This document shows positions 1 to 13,425 of a stretch of DNA of 64,000 bases, one piece after another. The position numbers and the translations under genes were made by a program. The DNA is taken from positions 1,736,001 to 1,800,000 of the forward strand of contig CM082592.2 of the NCBI GenBank assembly GCA_040954595.2, read 5' to 3'. The stretch is from Balanoglossus misakiensis. Taxonomy: Eukaryota; Animalia; Hemichordata. The notes beneath the pieces were generated by a model. It made no database searches. It saw only the letters and a list, made by a program, of their open reading frames with translations, and was not told the origin of the DNA. Each line of letters starts with the position of its first letter. Within the stretch, counting starts at the first letter, position 1.

Positions 1-575
1 ATTCGTGGTGAGATATGTATTGAGTTGAACGGCAACGATCTTCTCGAGGAACTTTAAGAGAAATGGCAGGTTACAAACTGGTCGATAGTTTTTAAGTATG
101 TTATTATCCAGGGTGGTCTTTTTGATTAGTGGTGTAACAACTGCATGTTTGAAGGATTGTGGAACGTCACCGGATTGTAGAGATATATTTATTGTATTGG
201 TCATGAATGGTAGCAGCACATCCAGGCTCTCTTTAAGTAGTGAAGTTGGAATCGGGTCAAGGCAGCAGGATTTCGTTGGAGACTTTGTGATGATGTGAAG
301 TACTTGTTGACTATCAACTGGCTGAAAAGTATTCAGAGTAGCACCGCTGTGCGCTTCTAAGTTGTTGAATTTGGTGGATATTTTGCTATTGTCCAAGGTG
401 ATACGAATGTCGTCAATTTTCTGAATAAAATACTGGTTGAACCGATCTAAAAGTTCTGTAGTTGACGTATGATTTGGAAGCTGTCTTGGGTTGCTGAACA
501 ATGTTGAAATTGTCCGGATTAAAGATTTCTGATCTTTGGCATTTTCCTCTATAAGATTGGTGTAGTAGTTGCACT
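1..575 (-). mobile_element. CR1/L2-group LINE ORF2 fragment (region N-terminal to and entering the RT), runs off the window edge
   Basis: Minus-strand translation reads KSCCLDPIPTSLLKESLDVLLPFMTNTINISLQSGDVPQSFKHAVVTPLIKK...NYRPVCNLPFL, the typical start of a non-LTR RT. Confidence 0.85.
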
Positions 576-722
576 TGGTCTTCCCCCACCACCGTACAAA
601 CGCCGCCGCCGTGCAGTCATTTGTGACTCTTCTTCCTCATCAGAAAATTCCCAGGAATGATCAGACTTTGAGACTCTTTTTGAACTTTGAAATGAATTGG
701 CCTCTGATTTCATACCGATTTT

Positions 723-1682
723 AATAATAATAATAATTTTATTCCACTTGCACTACAGGCCTCTAGCCCAATGTACTGGAATATTTTAAATACATTTCAG
801 GAAAAAAATAAAATGTTACAGAACACAGTGACCTTGAGAGTGTTAAGATTTGCAGGGGTTTCTTTTACAGTGAAAACAAGAACCAGCACTTTCCCGGAAG
901 TCAGTTCGCCAACTCCTTCCTTTTGTTAAAGGCATAAAATAAGTAAAGGCTTAGCTTTCTTAGGATATTCGGATTTTGTGTTGACATAATTTGCATAAAT
1001 TTATCAATAGAAGGGTTGGTAAGAAATTGAGCAGGTAAGTATTTTACCCTGATGGTATCGTATAACTTACATTGTAATAAAAAGTGGTATTCATTTTCTA
1101 TGTACCCATCGTTACAAATACACAACCTGTCTTCACGTGGGGTGTTATTTCGTCTACCTTGTTCAATATGAAGTGGATGGTTAGATAACCGAAAAGAAGT
1201 TAAGGTAGCTCTAAAAATAGGCTTCAGGGTGGTGAGGAGGTATGGTTCTATCAATAGAGTAGATTTAAAAAGTCTATATGATTGCAGCCTGTTGTAAGTA
1301 CCAATTTCCACGTTCCAGTCTTGCAGTTCTATGTCTGTACAACGCTGTCTAAATTCCGAAAGGAATTTTGTCTCGTTACCCACTCCCTGATTATACCATG
1401 CCTCCGCAAACCCATATGAGAACAGGAGAGATCTCACAGCTTTTGCCCAACATTCACAATTTCTTTCAGCCAGTTTACATTGCTCTTGGTACGCATGAAA
1501 AATATATCTATTAGTAACAGCGTTTGTTAAACGTAACCAGAACTTTATCATTTTTGGAAGTCTTAGCGTTCTCATGCTAAATCTTCCCAACTCCCCTCTT
1601 ACTGCAATATTGACAACTGGACCATGTTGGTGTAAGAGAAACTTACAACCTTTAAATGAATTCTTTCAAGATCAGGCGCTTG
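723..1682 (-). mobile_element. 5'-truncated non-LTR retrotransposon (ORF2 C-terminus with Cys/His finger, 3' UTR, (TAT)n tail)
   Basis: ORF 901-1590 has HPLHIEQGR...RLCIC...IENEYHFLLQC. AATAAA and an (ATT)n tail lie at about 723-742. A 13-bp TSD TCATACCGATTTT occurs at 710-722 and 1683-1695. Confidence 0.88.
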
Positions 1683-2042
1683 TCATACCGATTTTGAATC
1701 CCATCGTAATGTTCATGACGTTCACTTGATTTTTGCATGATAGAGAGCGGTTGACCTCCTTGAACAATTTACTATTTAAAACATCTTTGACTTACCGATG
1801 TTGTCGTTTCCTACCCTTATTTAACATCTTTACAGTTATCCTCATATTTTTATATCACCGCAACGCTACACTTAAAAATGGCGCGTCATGTCAACATCAT
1901 CAGTCATGAATGAAGCCGATTTACAATGTTAATAAAATATCAATGCGCTAAGCGGAATAAAATAATTCATTAAAATTAAAATGTTCTCGCTTTAATTTTT
2001 TATTTTTCTTGTAAATTCCGAAGTTTGAGCATATGATAAATC

Positions 2043-2197
2043 GGTTATCGCCCCATATCACCTGTTGTTGGGCCATATTTGCCGCTCGTGTGGGTTGTGA
2101 GCTGCGTCACACTCCTCTTCGACTCGTGTGATGCGGCTCACAACCCACACGAGCGGTAAATATGGCCCAACACAAGAGGTGATATGGGGCGATAACC
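2043..2197. repeat. Long imperfect palindrome (hairpin element)
   Basis: GGTTATCGCCCCATATCACC... pairs with ...GGTGATATGGGGCGATAACC, arms about 70 bp. Confidence 0.85.
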
Positions 2198-2282
2198 TCA
2201 TATTATTTAACTATTTCCCCTATCCCTGTGATTAGAATATCATATTTTTCTGTGACCCTGACCAAAATATCTACAATTATAT

Positions 2283-2828
2283 TACATGTATATCATGCTA
2301 CCGTCCGCAATTCTGATTGGACGAGAGCTCAATCTAGCGATGCTAAAATAGTCATATAGCACTGCTGGCAGTGCTAAAACGGGCCCCTGAACTAGCATGC
2401 GGCAGCACAAATGTGCGGTTAAACCACAGTCGCGCGTGTTTCAACCAACTAAATAAAACAAAAATACTGTTGAATAAACGGACGTTTTATTTTGGAACTG
2501 CTCTGTGGAAATATTTGTAACTTTGCCACGCGCGATGCCCGTCTTGTCACTTTTTGTAGTCTGCTTCATGTTTAATGCTCGATCCCGGCCGCTCGTGTTT
2601 ACATTCATCGTCGCCATGTTGGTTCACGATCGTAATTTCTCTTTCTGACGCCGTTTTGGTAAGAAAATTACACTGATATGCCACAAAAACAATTGTTGAT
2701 ATAATATAATAGCACTCGATTTGGGTACAAATCGCTCCATATAGCACTCGCCTGACGGCTCGTGCTTTATGTCTCGAATTGTACCCAAATCTCGCGTATA
2801 CCCACCTACGGCGAGGGTTATTGCTTAA
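2283..2828 (+). mobile_element. Non-autonomous hairpin-ended repeat (Crypton-like), copy 1
   Basis: Clearly homologous to about 19607-20153 and partly to about 39255-39560 and about 44200-44320 (reverse). CTGATTGG near one end, hairpin plus TTAA at the other. The Crypton label is inference. Confidence 0.65.
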
Positions 2829-4314
2829 GTAACTTACTTAGATAGTATGATCAATAAGGGCAGACAGCTTCTTCAGTCTGCCCAGTTTACATATGTTACC
2901 ACACGTATATAAATAAAATAATGTTTTTATATTTTTGGTTAAAAATGTTCAATTAATTACTTTTCAATTTTTCATACGAAATCCTGAATTTTGGTACTAT
3001 GTATTTTCAAATTTAATCACTCAATGTGGAAAGGTCCATCACCTCTAGCTCTGAAATATGTTGACTTTAAAATATATTCTCTTATATATTTCCAACTCAC
3101 GATAATGTTGTTGCCGTTAAATGTGGCAAAAATATCTTTGTTTTAGAAACGCCAGAAAAGTGAAGTCATCTGTATTCCATTGTGAATTTCCTGCCATTTT
3201 CAAAAATGTGCAAGTCATGTTACAAAGTACAGAGAAAACATTAAATTACATGTGTCCCGTTCATTGGTTGACATCGAATTGTTTTATCAAGATTGTAAAA
3301 ATAAATTATTTCCATGTCAAATGTGTTTGTGGGTGTGCACATTAGTGTGGTGCCACATTATATGACTCATTTTTGCATACAAGTATTACTGCAGTCATAT
3401 TTGAGTGGGATACCCACCTGTTTTTTTGTTTGTTTTTTTAATTTATAAATGCATTCATAGGTGATGTATGATCTCACCTACATGAATTAAATCATTTGAA
3501 ATTTACAGTTTATGTGCCTTTAAACACATAATTTTGTTTACGTACACTTGTTCAATTACCAGTGTTTTTTTAAGTTTTTATAAGTCTCAGTCTACATGTT
3601 CAGAAGTAGTATATTTGCATGAAACTTATTAAACATTTTTCCTTAGAGGCGGATCAATAATATATAGATAATATAGATTGACAGTGATGTACTTTTTGAG
3701 TTGAGTTTCCCATGGATTTAACGACAGATTTTATCATTTTCATTATATTATGCAAAAAATTAACTTTCATTGATCAGTCTCATAAGTTTGTGCATGATGC
3801 ATGCCATATTGAAGAAGTTTAAAGCATTTTAAGCATTTAATGAAACTTCAATGTTATTGATATCATTATATTACCCTGGAGACCGAAAGCTTGTAGTGAA
3901 TTTGACTCTGTGTGTTCAAAATTATTACTGTGTATAACCATTGATAGATTTATGTTTTTAGCTATTTATCAAATGTGCAAATACAGTTGTGAAATTGCTG
4001 CCTTCTCTTTCCAGGAAAATACAATGTCTATCATTTGTTGTTAATATTTTCTGTTAGATATCAGCTTCAAATGGAGTTCAAAATTTTAAATATCGTAATC
4101 ATTTCTGAACATAAATTCCCAGGCATCTCCATACATCTGAATGGTATTACTTAAATTCTTGAAGTAATTTTAATATTTCGAAAATAAAACTTTAGAAAAA
4201 ATGTGCAGAGTTCACTTTAGATGTTTTTGGAGAGATTTCTGGAAGTTTTGTACAGATGAGATTTATCTGTTCTTCTTGGGAAAACTAATGATTTTCAAAA
4301 CTTTGCCTTGTAGC

Positions 4315-6100
4315 ATGTCAAAGGCACAACAACAGTGTGTGGAGTTGGCACTGCTTGGTCGCAATATCTTCATCACTACTCCCAAAAATTGTACAGATTG
4401 TGTGTCCTACTGATGCAGCTTGCAGCATACATGATGATCTGCCAGAAAAGTCCAAAACTATTCACAGTGTTTTTTTATTGGGCTGGCTGACCATGCAATT
4501 CAAGACATTCTCAAAAATGCAAAGGAGAATGTTGCGACACAGTTGAGAGAAGTTGATGTACTCATAATTGATGAATTTTATGGAAAGTGCTCGTCTGTTA
4601 AGTGTCATTGCTATATTAAGTAAAGTGTGCAGAGAAGGCAAGCAATCATTGGTGGTATCCAAGTGATTGCAATTGGAGACTTCCATCAATTACCACCAGT
4701 ACCAAGCCACGTGGATGATGGAGAATACCCATTCCAGTCCCCATTGTGGGAAAAAAACCTTCAGACACAACATTGTCCTCAAAACTATCTATTGTGATGA
4801 TGAGGTCATTTTAGTGTGACCTTTACTGGCTAGTAAGATTTCTTTTGTTTAGGGTGACCAGGTGTTGATGAATATTCATTTGATTGACATGTATAAATAC
4901 ACATGCTACCATGTGGTCAGGTTGCTATTTTTTCGGTGGCTAGTAAGATTTCTTTTGTTTAGGGTGACCAGGTGTTGATGAATATTCATTTGATTGACAT
5001 GTATAAATACACATGCTACCATGTGGTCAGGTTGCTATTTTTTCGCTGGACACTGTGCCGGTAACTTCAGTGCTGGGGACTCCATGCTGCTGTTTGGGAC
5101 CTTTCGCAGGCCGTTTTGTTTGACGTCAAGGACTTCAGAAGTTGTGAGTGCATGCACACCACTTGGACCTAAACCAGACTTTCCTGCTGTTTTGTTTGAC
5201 TTCGAGTACACACCACTCGGACCGAAACCAGACTTTCCTGTACGTCGGAAGTCTTTGACTTTACTGCATATTTGCTGCTCGTGTGCTTCACGACTGGAGT
5301 CCTAGCTGAGTATACGGAGTGCTGTGTGTGTTGCTCAGTTTGGTTCGCATTCATTGTTTTATGACCTGTGAATCCCTTTTTTGCCTGCAACTTAATTTTG
5401 TTAGTATAGCGAATAGCCATTAAAGAATTTTTATAAAAGGAAAACCACTGACTTCGCCCTTTCTGTCATAACACTATAGACAGCAACACAATCAGCAAAA
5501 ATTCCTCCAAGCTTTGAATGGTGTCCGCCTCGGCCAATGCAGTCCTCGTACATTGGATTTCCTCAACACATTGAAGCGGCCTCTGCTGAACCCAGAAAAC
5601 CAAACCCACAACTACTTTCATAATGCAGATGTGAACCTCCACAACATGTGTCAGCTTGATAAGTTAACAGGACAATGCCATGTTTTCCAGGCAGTTGATA
5701 AAGGGGACGTGCATGAAATGGACAGGCGTGCCATTGCACCAAACAAGCTCTTACTAAAGGTTGGCGCTCTTGTGATGTTGGTATACATTCTCAGTGACAG
5801 CCTTCACAATGGGAGCACTGGCATTTTCAAAGGAATAGATGAAATTGGAAATCCTGTTGTAGCCTTTGAGGATAGCCTGATATAGGTGTCTGTGCGTCGT
5901 CAAACGTGGACTTTTAAAACGACCAGGGAGTTGGGATTGGAAGGCGCTGTCAAATCCTTTTGAAGCTGTGCTGGGCAATGATAGCACATAAATGTCAGGG
6001 ACAAACGATCAAGAATGTTGCCATACACGCAGGCAACGAATTTGTTCTAGGGCAATTGTATGTATCACTTTCAAGGGCAAAATCATAAGATACAGTTCTG
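4315..6100 (+). pseudogene. Decayed Pif1-family (SF1B) DNA helicase, probably transposon-borne
   Basis: Motifs in order across shifting frames: QQQCVELALLGRNIFIT, KTIHSVF, VDVLIIDE, GGIQVIAIGDFHQLPPV, LYRQQ, LKVGALVML...LHNGSTG, LKLCWAMIAHKCQGQT, GQLYVSLSRAKS. Many frameshifts and stops. Confidence 0.85.
4793..5473 (+). mobile_element. Solo-LTR-like TG...CA insertion in the Pif1 pseudogene, with an internal 110-bp tandem duplication
   Basis: Termini TGTGATGA/TCATAACA; flanks ATAT/CTAT; removal restores LKTLYRQQ; duplication at 4827-4936 and 4937-5045; ATTAAA near the 3' end. Confidence 0.6.
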
Positions 6101-8164
6101 TAGTTTGGTTTTACCCCACAGAGGATGCTTCCAGTCAACAGTCTAGTATCTTCTTTCTATGAAATACTATGCATTTGGGGTCAAGAAACGCCAGAAGATA
6201 TTACCTGTTGCAGCAAAGACGAAGAGTGTGACATGGTATGCAGTGAAGTTATCAAGATGATAAGAAATGATGATGGAGAGGCATATGTACAGTCAACATA
6301 TGACACGGGTGATAGTGACAAGACTACCATAGATTTGAGGGACTTTTATGGATAAAAGCCACAGAGAGCTAGAAGAACTCCCACATGACTTCAGTAAAGA
6401 CACATTCCTACATGAACTTAAAGATGTTTCTCCATTTGCTGAAGTGGAAGATTCACTGTCCGGGCGTTTGAACTGTCTGATTGACAAATTAGAAGATATG
6501 CCAGAGCTGTTTATTTTATTTCTAAAGATACAATGGCTGAAGATCTTTTGTACTACAAAGAAAGGAATTGAAGAAAATGAAGAAGTAAAGCTTATACTAG
6601 CAGATTTCAAGAACATGCATGGCTGGCTTACTGCACGATATCTGCAACGAACACAGCTTATCGAAGAGGGTGCATCCCTTTTTGGTATCCCTATCACCAG
6701 TATGAAAGATGAACACTTCACCTTACTAACTAACATTGTAGATTAATGATCTGCAGATGCACTTTCTTATTTCCCGTGCAGAAAAAAGAAGTCTTGAGGC
6801 GACGCAAAATATCGTACATATAGAAGAAATCGGGGGTGATGGCAGAGGAAAAAAATGCTACTTGGTTGGGTGGACGCTTCGTAAAGAAGCGGAAAGCATT
6901 TTCAAAATACATAAAACACTATCTGTACTCTACTGATAAGAAAGTCCATAAACGGTTGAAATTGGAGTAGCAGACAAAGAATCTCTGGACTTTCTTACAG
7001 TTCCAGATACACTGATACACAGCTGTGTACTAATATTACCAAGTTTTTTTACATGCTGGTGTAAAATTGTGTTTTTTCCGACATCATCGACATTTGGTTG
7101 GAAATGTAAATACGTAAAAAAAATCAGAAAATTTTAGATTTTCTCACAATTGGGAAACTTTTGAAACATACATACATGTAAATGAAATATGTAATTTTAT
7201 CGATTACGTTAATCTTTCATCCTAGAAAGTTAGATGTTAATTTCTTTACATGTTAATCATGTGCGTTATATATAACCGAAAATAATAGTATTTTTATCTT
7301 TTCACAGTGTGTCGTAAACTGGAATTGTTCATAAATAACTGTAAAAGTACAATTCGGGAAATATGATGGTAAAAGAGAAGGTTTCGCGGTTTGTAGAATA
7401 TTAATCTGTGTAAACGGACGAATGAAATGTATCATCCGGTTGTTTAGCGGCAAACCATGTCGCCAGCTGTCCATGTCGAATACAACATTCGGTACCCGAT
7501 CAAAATCAAACGGTCGCCAGTCCTAGCTGAAGTATGATTTAGGTCAAAATAACGTCAGATAGCAAAATATATTTATTCGAAATAGATTAGACTTTTACTT
7601 GGCCGTCATTAGCCATAGGTTCTTTGGGTTTGGATTAGTTCAATAAAATGTTAAAGTTTCAGAATTTGTCACGTAACAAAATTTGCTGTTCGTTCTTTTT
7701 TTTTCTCAAAAGAGTAGTCATGATACATACTCTGCAGCATATTCTAGTGTATATAATTAAAATACGAAACCTCTGTCAGAATATATCCAGTATAGAACAT
7801 TTGCTGTCTTACCCTGCTGTGCGAACATTGGGTTTGTTTAGACCAATTCCCCTCCAAGAGTGAAGCCCATAGACTCCAACAGATGTGATAGTAATCGCGA
7901 TTCTAATGATATGTTTCAAACTCGTTCTCTGGAAGAACATCATTTTCCTGACGGTATGTCCTTTGAGCTTTGTACACAGCATCACCATTCACACAGCCTT
8001 GTCAGACACGTTTTAAGGGAAAGTTCGATTGTCAAAGGGGAGATAGTTCAAGCGCACAGAATAAAAATCGCACGTGAAAAAAATGTCACGCCCCTCGGCT
8101 GCAATTCTGATATACCAATATTTTAAAAATATTTTACCCAAATAGTTGACAATGCTGTTTTACC

Positions 8165-8440
8165 CATTTAATGTGGGAGGGGGACACCCCCTCTCACACC
8201 CACCCCCTTCATTCATCAACACCTTTCAATCATTGAATAGTTTATCTAACGTCCCAGGTTAGGGGACTTGCTCCCCCAATGCTAACTTTGAGCGGCGAAG
8301 GTTAAATTTACCCTCCCCAACATACAGGTAGTTGAGTTAATTTGCTTTTTGGTTCATTAAAATGCACCTTTGAGCTCTGTATTTTATAAAATTTTCTAAC
8401 TTGGGAGGGGGACACCCCCTCCCAAACCCACCCCCTTCAC
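8165..8440 (-). repeat. Fragment matching the interior of the MITE at 42105-42906
   Basis: Reverse complement of about 42440-42710 (GGGAGGGGGACACCCC motifs, CATTCATCAACACCTTTCAATCATTGA). Confidence 0.75.
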
Positions 8441-8549
8441 TTCTCGGTTTACAATGTCTGCCAACACAGAATACCCCACTTATGAGGGAAGACATCAGTT
8501 TCAAATTCTTTTCATGGGAGCGCTGTTTAGTGGTCTACAATTTTCTCTA

Positions 8550-8713
8550 CACACGTGAAGCCCTGGCTGCCAAAAGAAAGCAATTGAAAGCTGGAGGGAA
8601 GGGTAATCTGTCCAAAAAATCAAATGCCATCACAGAAGACCATGAAGCGACGCTGATTAAAGCCGGACAGCTCGGCACCCATACACCCAACGCAATCCTT
8701 AACACGATCTGGC
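8550..8713 (+). pseudogene. Crypton-type tyrosine recombinase (DUF3504 region) fragment
   Basis: REALAAKRKQLKAGGKGNLSKKSNAITEDHEATLIKAGQLGTHTPNAILNTIW matches the Crypton/ZMYM/KIAA1958-type segment; cut by the TTAA MITE. Confidence 0.75.
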
Positions 8714-8717
8714 TTAA

Positions 8718-9512
8718 GATGGGTCCCTGGGATCTTTTTGCTCGTTGCTATGGGCCTTTATAGGACACTACACTCAATTTTGATCGAAACCGTTATGAAC
8801 GTCCGACAAGGGGCTTGTAACTAGTTAAAAATACGCACGATTGTGTGCACACCCCCTGTCTGAGTATGTTTACGGCAGCTACCGCCCGTCCATAGGCCGC
8901 CACGCCAATACGGCAAAGCAGTGGTCAGCGATAGCGTGCGCGTCCTGTAACCACAGTAACTGGATCGAACGCTAAAAATCCAATGTTTTGTACACAGAGA
9001 TTTTGTACCGTTCACGAAAATCCCTAAGGCTTTTTTCACAGGCGACGTAGGCCAGCCAAATTTGACCTGCTTGTTGAGAACGCACTTCCGCATAGTGTGA
9101 CGGATCGTTTTTTCGGTTTTCGTCGTGCTAAGAAGCGATACCAGTGGAAGAGTGCGTCCAAAAACACCCAAAATCGAAGACTTTTTCAGGTATGGTACGG
9201 GTATGCTGAAATCGTAGGATACAACGATAATATTCGAAAACAAAATCCGTCACGATCTTCCCTGGTTCAAGCAACTAATGAATACGTATCAAGTTCGTTT
9301 TTGAGGTCACGGAATAAAAAGCCTTAGGCTTTTGAAATTTGACCTAACTAATTTGCATATCAATGGCGTCAGGGGGCGCGCGCTCACAATCGTGCGTATT
9401 TTTAACTAGTTACCAGCCCCTTGTTAGACTCTGAAAACGGCTTAGTCCAAATCGGGGTGTAATGTCCTATAAAGGCCCATAGCAACGGGCAAAAAGATCC
9501 CAGGGACCCATC
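8718..9512. mobile_element. Non-autonomous Kolobok-like TIR element (795 bp)
   Basis: TTAA TSD at 8714-8717 and 9513-9516; GA...TC termini; long TIR GATGGGTCCCTGGGATCTTTTTGC...; second copy at 27925. Confidence 0.88.
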
Positions 9513-9519
9513 TTAATAA

Positions 9520-9583
9520 CGGTTGTATCCTGCTGTACTTTCGCTCGCAGCGCTCGCGAAAGTACGGCCGCAGGATACAACCG
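9520..9583. repeat. Short palindrome with TC/TC internal mismatch
   Basis: CGGTTGTATCCTGC..TACTTTCGC TC GCAGCGC TC GCGAAAGTA..GCAGGATACAACCG. Confidence 0.7.
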
Positions 9584-10952
9584 CATCACTCATGAAAATA
9601 ACATATGGACGGCACAGCTCGAGGGCTGAGGTCATGGAGTTGTCATATTTAACAGCATGTTTAAACCTCCAAAGTTTACGCGATTTGTGCATTTATGTAT
9701 TATGGAGGAGGTCTTGCTATGGTAAGGACATTTTGAACTATTCTAAGTATGTTAGTTATGATCTCAGACTTACCCCAAATCAGCAATTATCCCCCTATGC
9801 CTTAACATAGCAAAAAAAGAATCACATTTACGTAGATTGGTTTGTACCAATTCCCTTAAATTTTATGGGTGCGAATTTTGGTTCTTCAATACGTTATTAA
9901 GTATAAGTTGCTCTGTTCACAAAATAAAAACAAATAAAAAATATTCTGGCGAGTGACGTTGTCCGACTTTGAGCTGATAATGCTTCTGAATAAATATACT
10001 GCAAATGTTGCCTCGAAAATATGCGAAGAGAAATTCAGTGTTTATGGCATATGCGGAAACTCGGTAGCTTGTAGTATGATTAGCAACTGATAAGACAGGG
10101 CACAGGGGTTGTCTGTTGGATAATAAATGGACAAGATTGTTCAGCAAGTAATGTTCACTGAAAAAATGTAGATCGGAACTTCGTCGTTATACGTATTGTT
10201 AGCAACGGCCGGTGTAGACTGAGTGAAAGATTCTGTCTTGTGCGGCAGGGCACTCCGACCTGGAAAGGGTCTTACGCGACCAGCCGGAGCGCCCTCACAG
10301 GACTGAATTTTTCAGTCTCACACCCAGTTTAGAACAATGATATAGGTCTAGTGTGGGACCCCTCGGTTTCAACATCTATAGTTTCAAACAACGTAATATC
10401 AGCGATAGTGGTAATTTTTACTCGCAGGCCAGAGTGTTTCTGAGCACAAAAATCTGCAGGTATAGACGCAAAAGTCAAAATATAAAAAAGCCGCACGCAA
10501 GTTTTAGAAAAAGTGGAACAGCGAAAGCCAGTGGAACCTTTTGAGTGACCTTTGAATAGGTAAGACAATTTTCTGCCCATTTTATTTTCTTCTTAACAGG
10601 GAAGAAATGACCGATGACGCAGGAGAAATTGCCACTACTAAGGGGATAACCACTCGCTTTCTGGGATGGATTGAGGATATTTGGAAGAAAAGTGTTGGCA
10701 GATGGTGCCGAGGAAAAAACTCCAATGCAGTGCAATGAAGGAAAAAAGTGGTTTGGACATGGAAGAAATTTGTGTGCTGCTGTTTGCTACCCGAGTTGAT
10801 AAACCGCGATTGTAGAGCGTGCTTTGGAAAGAAATAATCATATAATAGCTTATGCCAAGAAAGGCGAGATGCACTTATCCTGACTGTGAAAGCACAAGCG
10901 AATTTTTCAATCTATCAACAATCCTTAAACACAACGTATTTTTAACTCGTAA

Positions 10953-11102
<150 letters not shown>

Positions 11103-12139
11103 TGAAAACATCATGGTCTTTTTTTCGTGCTATTTTTTGTTGTGTTCGCTCGCGACGAAATGTCAAAAACAAATAGTGTTTTCTGTCTGTAGTTCATCTA
11201 CGGAGCGCCAAGTGTTTCAAAATTATTTATCATTATTTTATAGAAAATTGATGACTTTTAACAAAAGAAAATCTAAAGAACACAAAAAAAAATGATTGGT
11301 GTTTCCAAAAACGAGTGGAAAAAGTAATCCGTTGTGGAGTCAAAAACAAACAAAAAAAAACAAACACACAGAGATAAAAATCTCACATTTTGTCAAAAAC
11401 CCCATCAAGCTTACCAAAAAGACGTTCACAAGGCAGTTGCACAAAAAAATCACTCATTTGTCACAAAAAACGACGCGCACATTTTTCACGAAAAACGCAC
11501 ACTTTACCCCCACAAAAATACACACACATTATTAACAAGAACACTCTTTGTACTAAGAAGAGAGGCTACAACTTGATAAAATGCACACCCCCAGAACAAA
11601 CAAAACCGGCAAACATAGAAAATACGAACATGTTAGCCATAAGAAAACGGAGATATTTGTCACCGAAAAAAACGCGCGCATGTCACCACAAAACTAACGG
11701 GCCACTTAAATACGCAGAGTCACTGAGGTTGCAAAAATAAGCACATTTTTAATCCCCCCGAAAAAAAACCGGCAATTCGAAAAAAAAAAAAACGCAGAGC
11801 AATTTGCAAAAAAAAAAAATAGGAACATTTGTCACCCTCCGTAAACAGGCAATTTGAAAAAAACGCAGAGCAATTTGAAAAAAATGGGGACATTTGTCAG
11901 TCCCGGAAAACAGGCAATTTGAAAAAAACACGATATAAAATTTGGAAAAAAATATAGAGGCACCTTTGTCACCCAAAATATTCAGGGCGATCCAAGTTTT
12001 AAAAAATGGTATATTTGTCATCCAAAAAAATAAAACAAGCGTGTTAAAAAAAACGAAGGGCATAACCGTCTCCAATTTCCCAACTTCCCGCAAGCAAAAC
12101 ACGTCTCAGGTTTCCTTTGGCCCGCCTCTGCTGACGTTA

Positions 12140-12766
12140 CTACGGAGTCGGTTCGTCCTCTGTCTGTAGCATACGGACGATATGTCCAAGCTTAGGATTC
12201 CCACCACTTGAACGTTTCTTCACCAATTCCTTTCGGCGCTTTGTTGCCCTAGCTTCCGCCCTATGGGTCTTCTCATCATCTGACCCCTCCGCCAGCTCAT
12301 GGGTTTCGTATTCATCAACCAATAACCATCGTTGGTCAGACTTGTCGGCCATCCTAATTAGCTTTTGGCGATGAGCTAAAAGATCGTAACCTTTAACAAT
12401 ACAGTCCTTTGCCGAAGAAATCTCCTTGGAAATAGGCTGAGAAATGGAAGCTAGTTGAGTGCGGTCCTCGTCCAATTGGTCAATAACCTGTTGGTTGAAA
12501 CGAAACTGCATCTCGTGGCCCTTCTTCTTGAAGACTGGTCTGACGCTGTACTTCAGTTCTTTCATGGCAGAGATTTGGCTCTGAGTGAACTCACGTTGAC
12601 TTGCCTGAAAACCTTGCTCCAAGCCCCGAAACCGACTTGTCATTAACTGTTCAAGGTTGGAAAGGAGTTTGTCACTGCTTTTACTGACAGCTTCGTGGAC
12701 CTGTCCCTGTATCATGGTTTGGAGTGCATGCATTTCCACAGGAACGGCGGACTGAGGTTGAGACAT
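12140..12766 (-). mobile_element. Gag-like ORF1 fragment of a DIRS-order (tyrosine recombinase) retrotransposon
   Basis: FKKKGHEMQFRFN...RQKLIRMADKS...WLLVDEYETHELAEGSDDEK motif; upstream TATATAA (about 12841-12847) and CCAAT; no downstream RT. Confidence 0.72.
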
Positions 12767-13189
12767 TGAGGAAAAACTAGTGAGCTAGTGGACGGCACTG
12801 AAAGCGACCGCTAGAATGACTAACACCTGAAAACCCCTGCTTATATACAGCAAGCTGAAACACCAAGCGCACATACAACACGACTCCCTATTGGCCAAGA
12901 AACAATTCGCACCTGTTTTTGCATAAGACAATCACAGTCCCAATTTTGTCTACTGACTCATAAAATGTTAAAGTATCAAATAGACAAAGTCAATTCACCA
13001 GAAACAAACTAACGTTGCAATAAATTAAATACAAATTTCTACAAAATTATACTACATCAAATTATCCCCAAATTAGCTTGTATTAATTTAATCTGATACG
13101 TCTACAAAATACCTTGCTCGATAATGCTTGACTACATAGAAACGACATGTAACAAGGTTGGCTGTTTTACTATTTAACAAAACGCGCAT

Positions 13190-13425
13190 ACCTTGCGAAA
13201 TTCTGCTTACTTTTTGTTGCTGTTCATCAGATGTGCGTTTGTAATGTCGGACGGCTTCACTTCGGTATCAAGTCTTTTCGCAGATGAGTTGCTCACCAAT
13301 ATTGCCATCATACAGACGCGTTGTTGCTGTGGCTCACAGAGAGTGGTTCGTTCAAAAGCCACGCAGGGATGCCATCATTCAATACACGGACGGGCAGTAG
13401 TACCATGTACAACATTGTGGCCCAG
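13190..13425 (-). pseudogene. Crypton-type tyrosine recombinase catalytic C-terminus, decayed
   Basis: Minus frame reads TNHSL*ATATTRLYDGNIGEQLICEKT*YRSEAVRHYKRTSDEQQQKVS, corresponding to HSLR...TGHRS...Y. Confidence 0.8.
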
